Assembly (NCBI RefSeq): GCF_036321535.1
Contig: NC_087447.1
Span: 32,676,001 to 32,740,000 of the forward strand
Length of the DNA stretch: 64,000 nt
Direction: 5' to 3'
From: Camelus dromedarius
Taxonomy: Eukaryota
Shown here: positions 62,522 to 64,000 of the stretch, in pieces
Numbering within the stretch: position 1 is the first letter of the stretch
Layout of the letters: each line of letters opens with the position of its first letter
Notes under the pieces: model-generated
Told to the model about the DNA's origin: nothing
Databases searched by the model: none
The model's input: the letters and a program-made list of their open reading frames with translations, nothing else
Program-made: the position numbers and the translations under genes

Positions 62522-63227
62522 TCCTTAACCTAAATAGTAGGAATTTCTAACAGCAGAAAGAAATGAATGATCTGTGTTTCTGTTTTCTCCTGGAAAGGGC
62601 CAGACTTCAGTGTGTTCATGGCTCTCAGGTAGGAGCTAGCCTTCCTCTTCTTCCTGGAAAATATAGCAAATACACAGAATATACCTTGTGTATAAGACCT
62701 TATGGGCAAACTCAGTGGGGTCCTACTTTTTGACCTCAATTCCCATTGGTCCCTCTGAATGGAATGCCCTTCTTACAGGCTCTACCTGTTGATATGCATC
62801 TTTTAAAGCCTTGTACAAATGGTACCTCCCATCTTATATCTTCTTGCCCTGTTGGAATTTTTCTTAGACCATAGACCACCCATTAATTTTTATCTTGTTT
62901 CTCATTGATCATAGTTTGGTATCCATCACTAATTTGGGTAAGTCATCTTGCTTGGGCTGTGATTTAATCATTTGTTAAATGAGGGAGTTGGGACTTGAAC
63001 TTACAAAACTCTCAGCTCTCTTCTGGTTTAAAATTGCTATGAGTTCTTGTATCTTGCATGCTCTCCTAGGAAAAGCACCTTTTGTCATTACCAGATATCT
63101 TGAGTGTCACAACACACCAGTTTTTAGCTGATAATTCCCTTTTGGTTGCTAAGCTGTCAGAAGTAGAACAACTTCACATACAGATACGTCTTTTCCCGAA
63201 AAATGACAATAGTAATTGTGGTGATAT

Positions 63228-63336
63228 TTTATATACGTGTATATATGTCCCAAATATATGCTATATGTATATACACACATCATGTATATATAGCATACTT
63301 ATGCAACATATATATACTAAATATGTATTATATGTG

Positions 63337-63377
<41 letters not shown>

Positions 63378-63382
63378 TATTC
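63228..63382. repeat. (TA)n-rich microsatellite
   Basis: Directly visible. Confidence 0.93.
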
Positions 63383-64000
63383 TGTATACCACTTGGCAAT
63401 TCACATGATATTTTACATGTTTTTTTTTCATTTTACTTATCTTAACAACATGCAAAATAAGTAGACAGGTAAGTGTTATACTATCTTTGAAATAAACTAA
63501 GACTATAAAAGATTAAGTGATTTATCCAAGGCTTCATGTAAGTAACATGACAAGGCTCTGTCTAAAAGGGATGTCTTCTACTTCCTTAGTTCAGGGTTTA
63601 TTTTATTCCACCAGAGAGATTTCTGTATTTATAATATTACAGGAGAATAAATAAGACCTCCTCATGTTGTAGTCCAGTGTACTCCATATTGTCTGTTGTT
63701 TTTCCACAGAATTGGGAACTTAACTCCCCCAACAAATGCTAAGGTTTTGGGGCTCTGCTTATGTGTAACCAGCTAACAGAAACTAAAGTCATCACACCAT
63801 CTGCGTGACCTCCATTTATTGATAAATATCTAAGCCAGGGGAAAGTGTCCTTCAGTTTTCTACAACAAATCAAGCATATCTGACAATAACTATTCTTCTC
63901 TGTCAGGCATTTCACAGCCTAACGCCTCAAAATCCAAATTCCTGTCATTCCTCAACAATCTCCCAGCAGGGCACTTTGTTTTCAAGTTAGCAGTAATGTA

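Noticed and set aside
63962..63975. CTCF site (ccagcaggggcact)
   Set aside because: One G short of the core consensus spacing; no other support.
1..64000. ORF track as real genes or a prokaryote-style operon/defence system
   Set aside because: DNA is mammalian; ORFs are at most 200 aa, often use non-ATG starts, overlap repeats and resemble no protein family I know.

Overview
Mammalian nuclear DNA: AT-rich, CpG-depleted and dense in ancient eutherian repeats (MIR, L2, L3/CR1, MLT1, Charlie/MER, old L1). Two tRNA-derived SINEs of the Vic-1 type and artiodactyl-type L1 tails point to a camelid host (inference). I recognise no protein-coding gene; the supplied ORFs are short, largely repeat-derived and look spurious, so the window is most likely intergenic or deep intronic. 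I found no convincing new multi-gene system. The best observations are small-scale: (1) a tailless retroposed 5' half of tRNA-Gly(TCC) with a 16-bp target-site duplication (TSD) inside a MER41-like LTR; (2) a 105-bp near-identical templated copy of an L3 tail replacing the middle of an MLT1 LTR 1.1 kb away; (3) an L1 tail flanked by an unusually long 44-bp duplication; (4) three candidate exons at 12.4-13.6 kb that join into one open frame; (5) nested repeats and motif-dense unique patches that may be enhancers. Repeat family names come from recalled consensus motifs, not a database search, and old-repeat boundaries are approximate.
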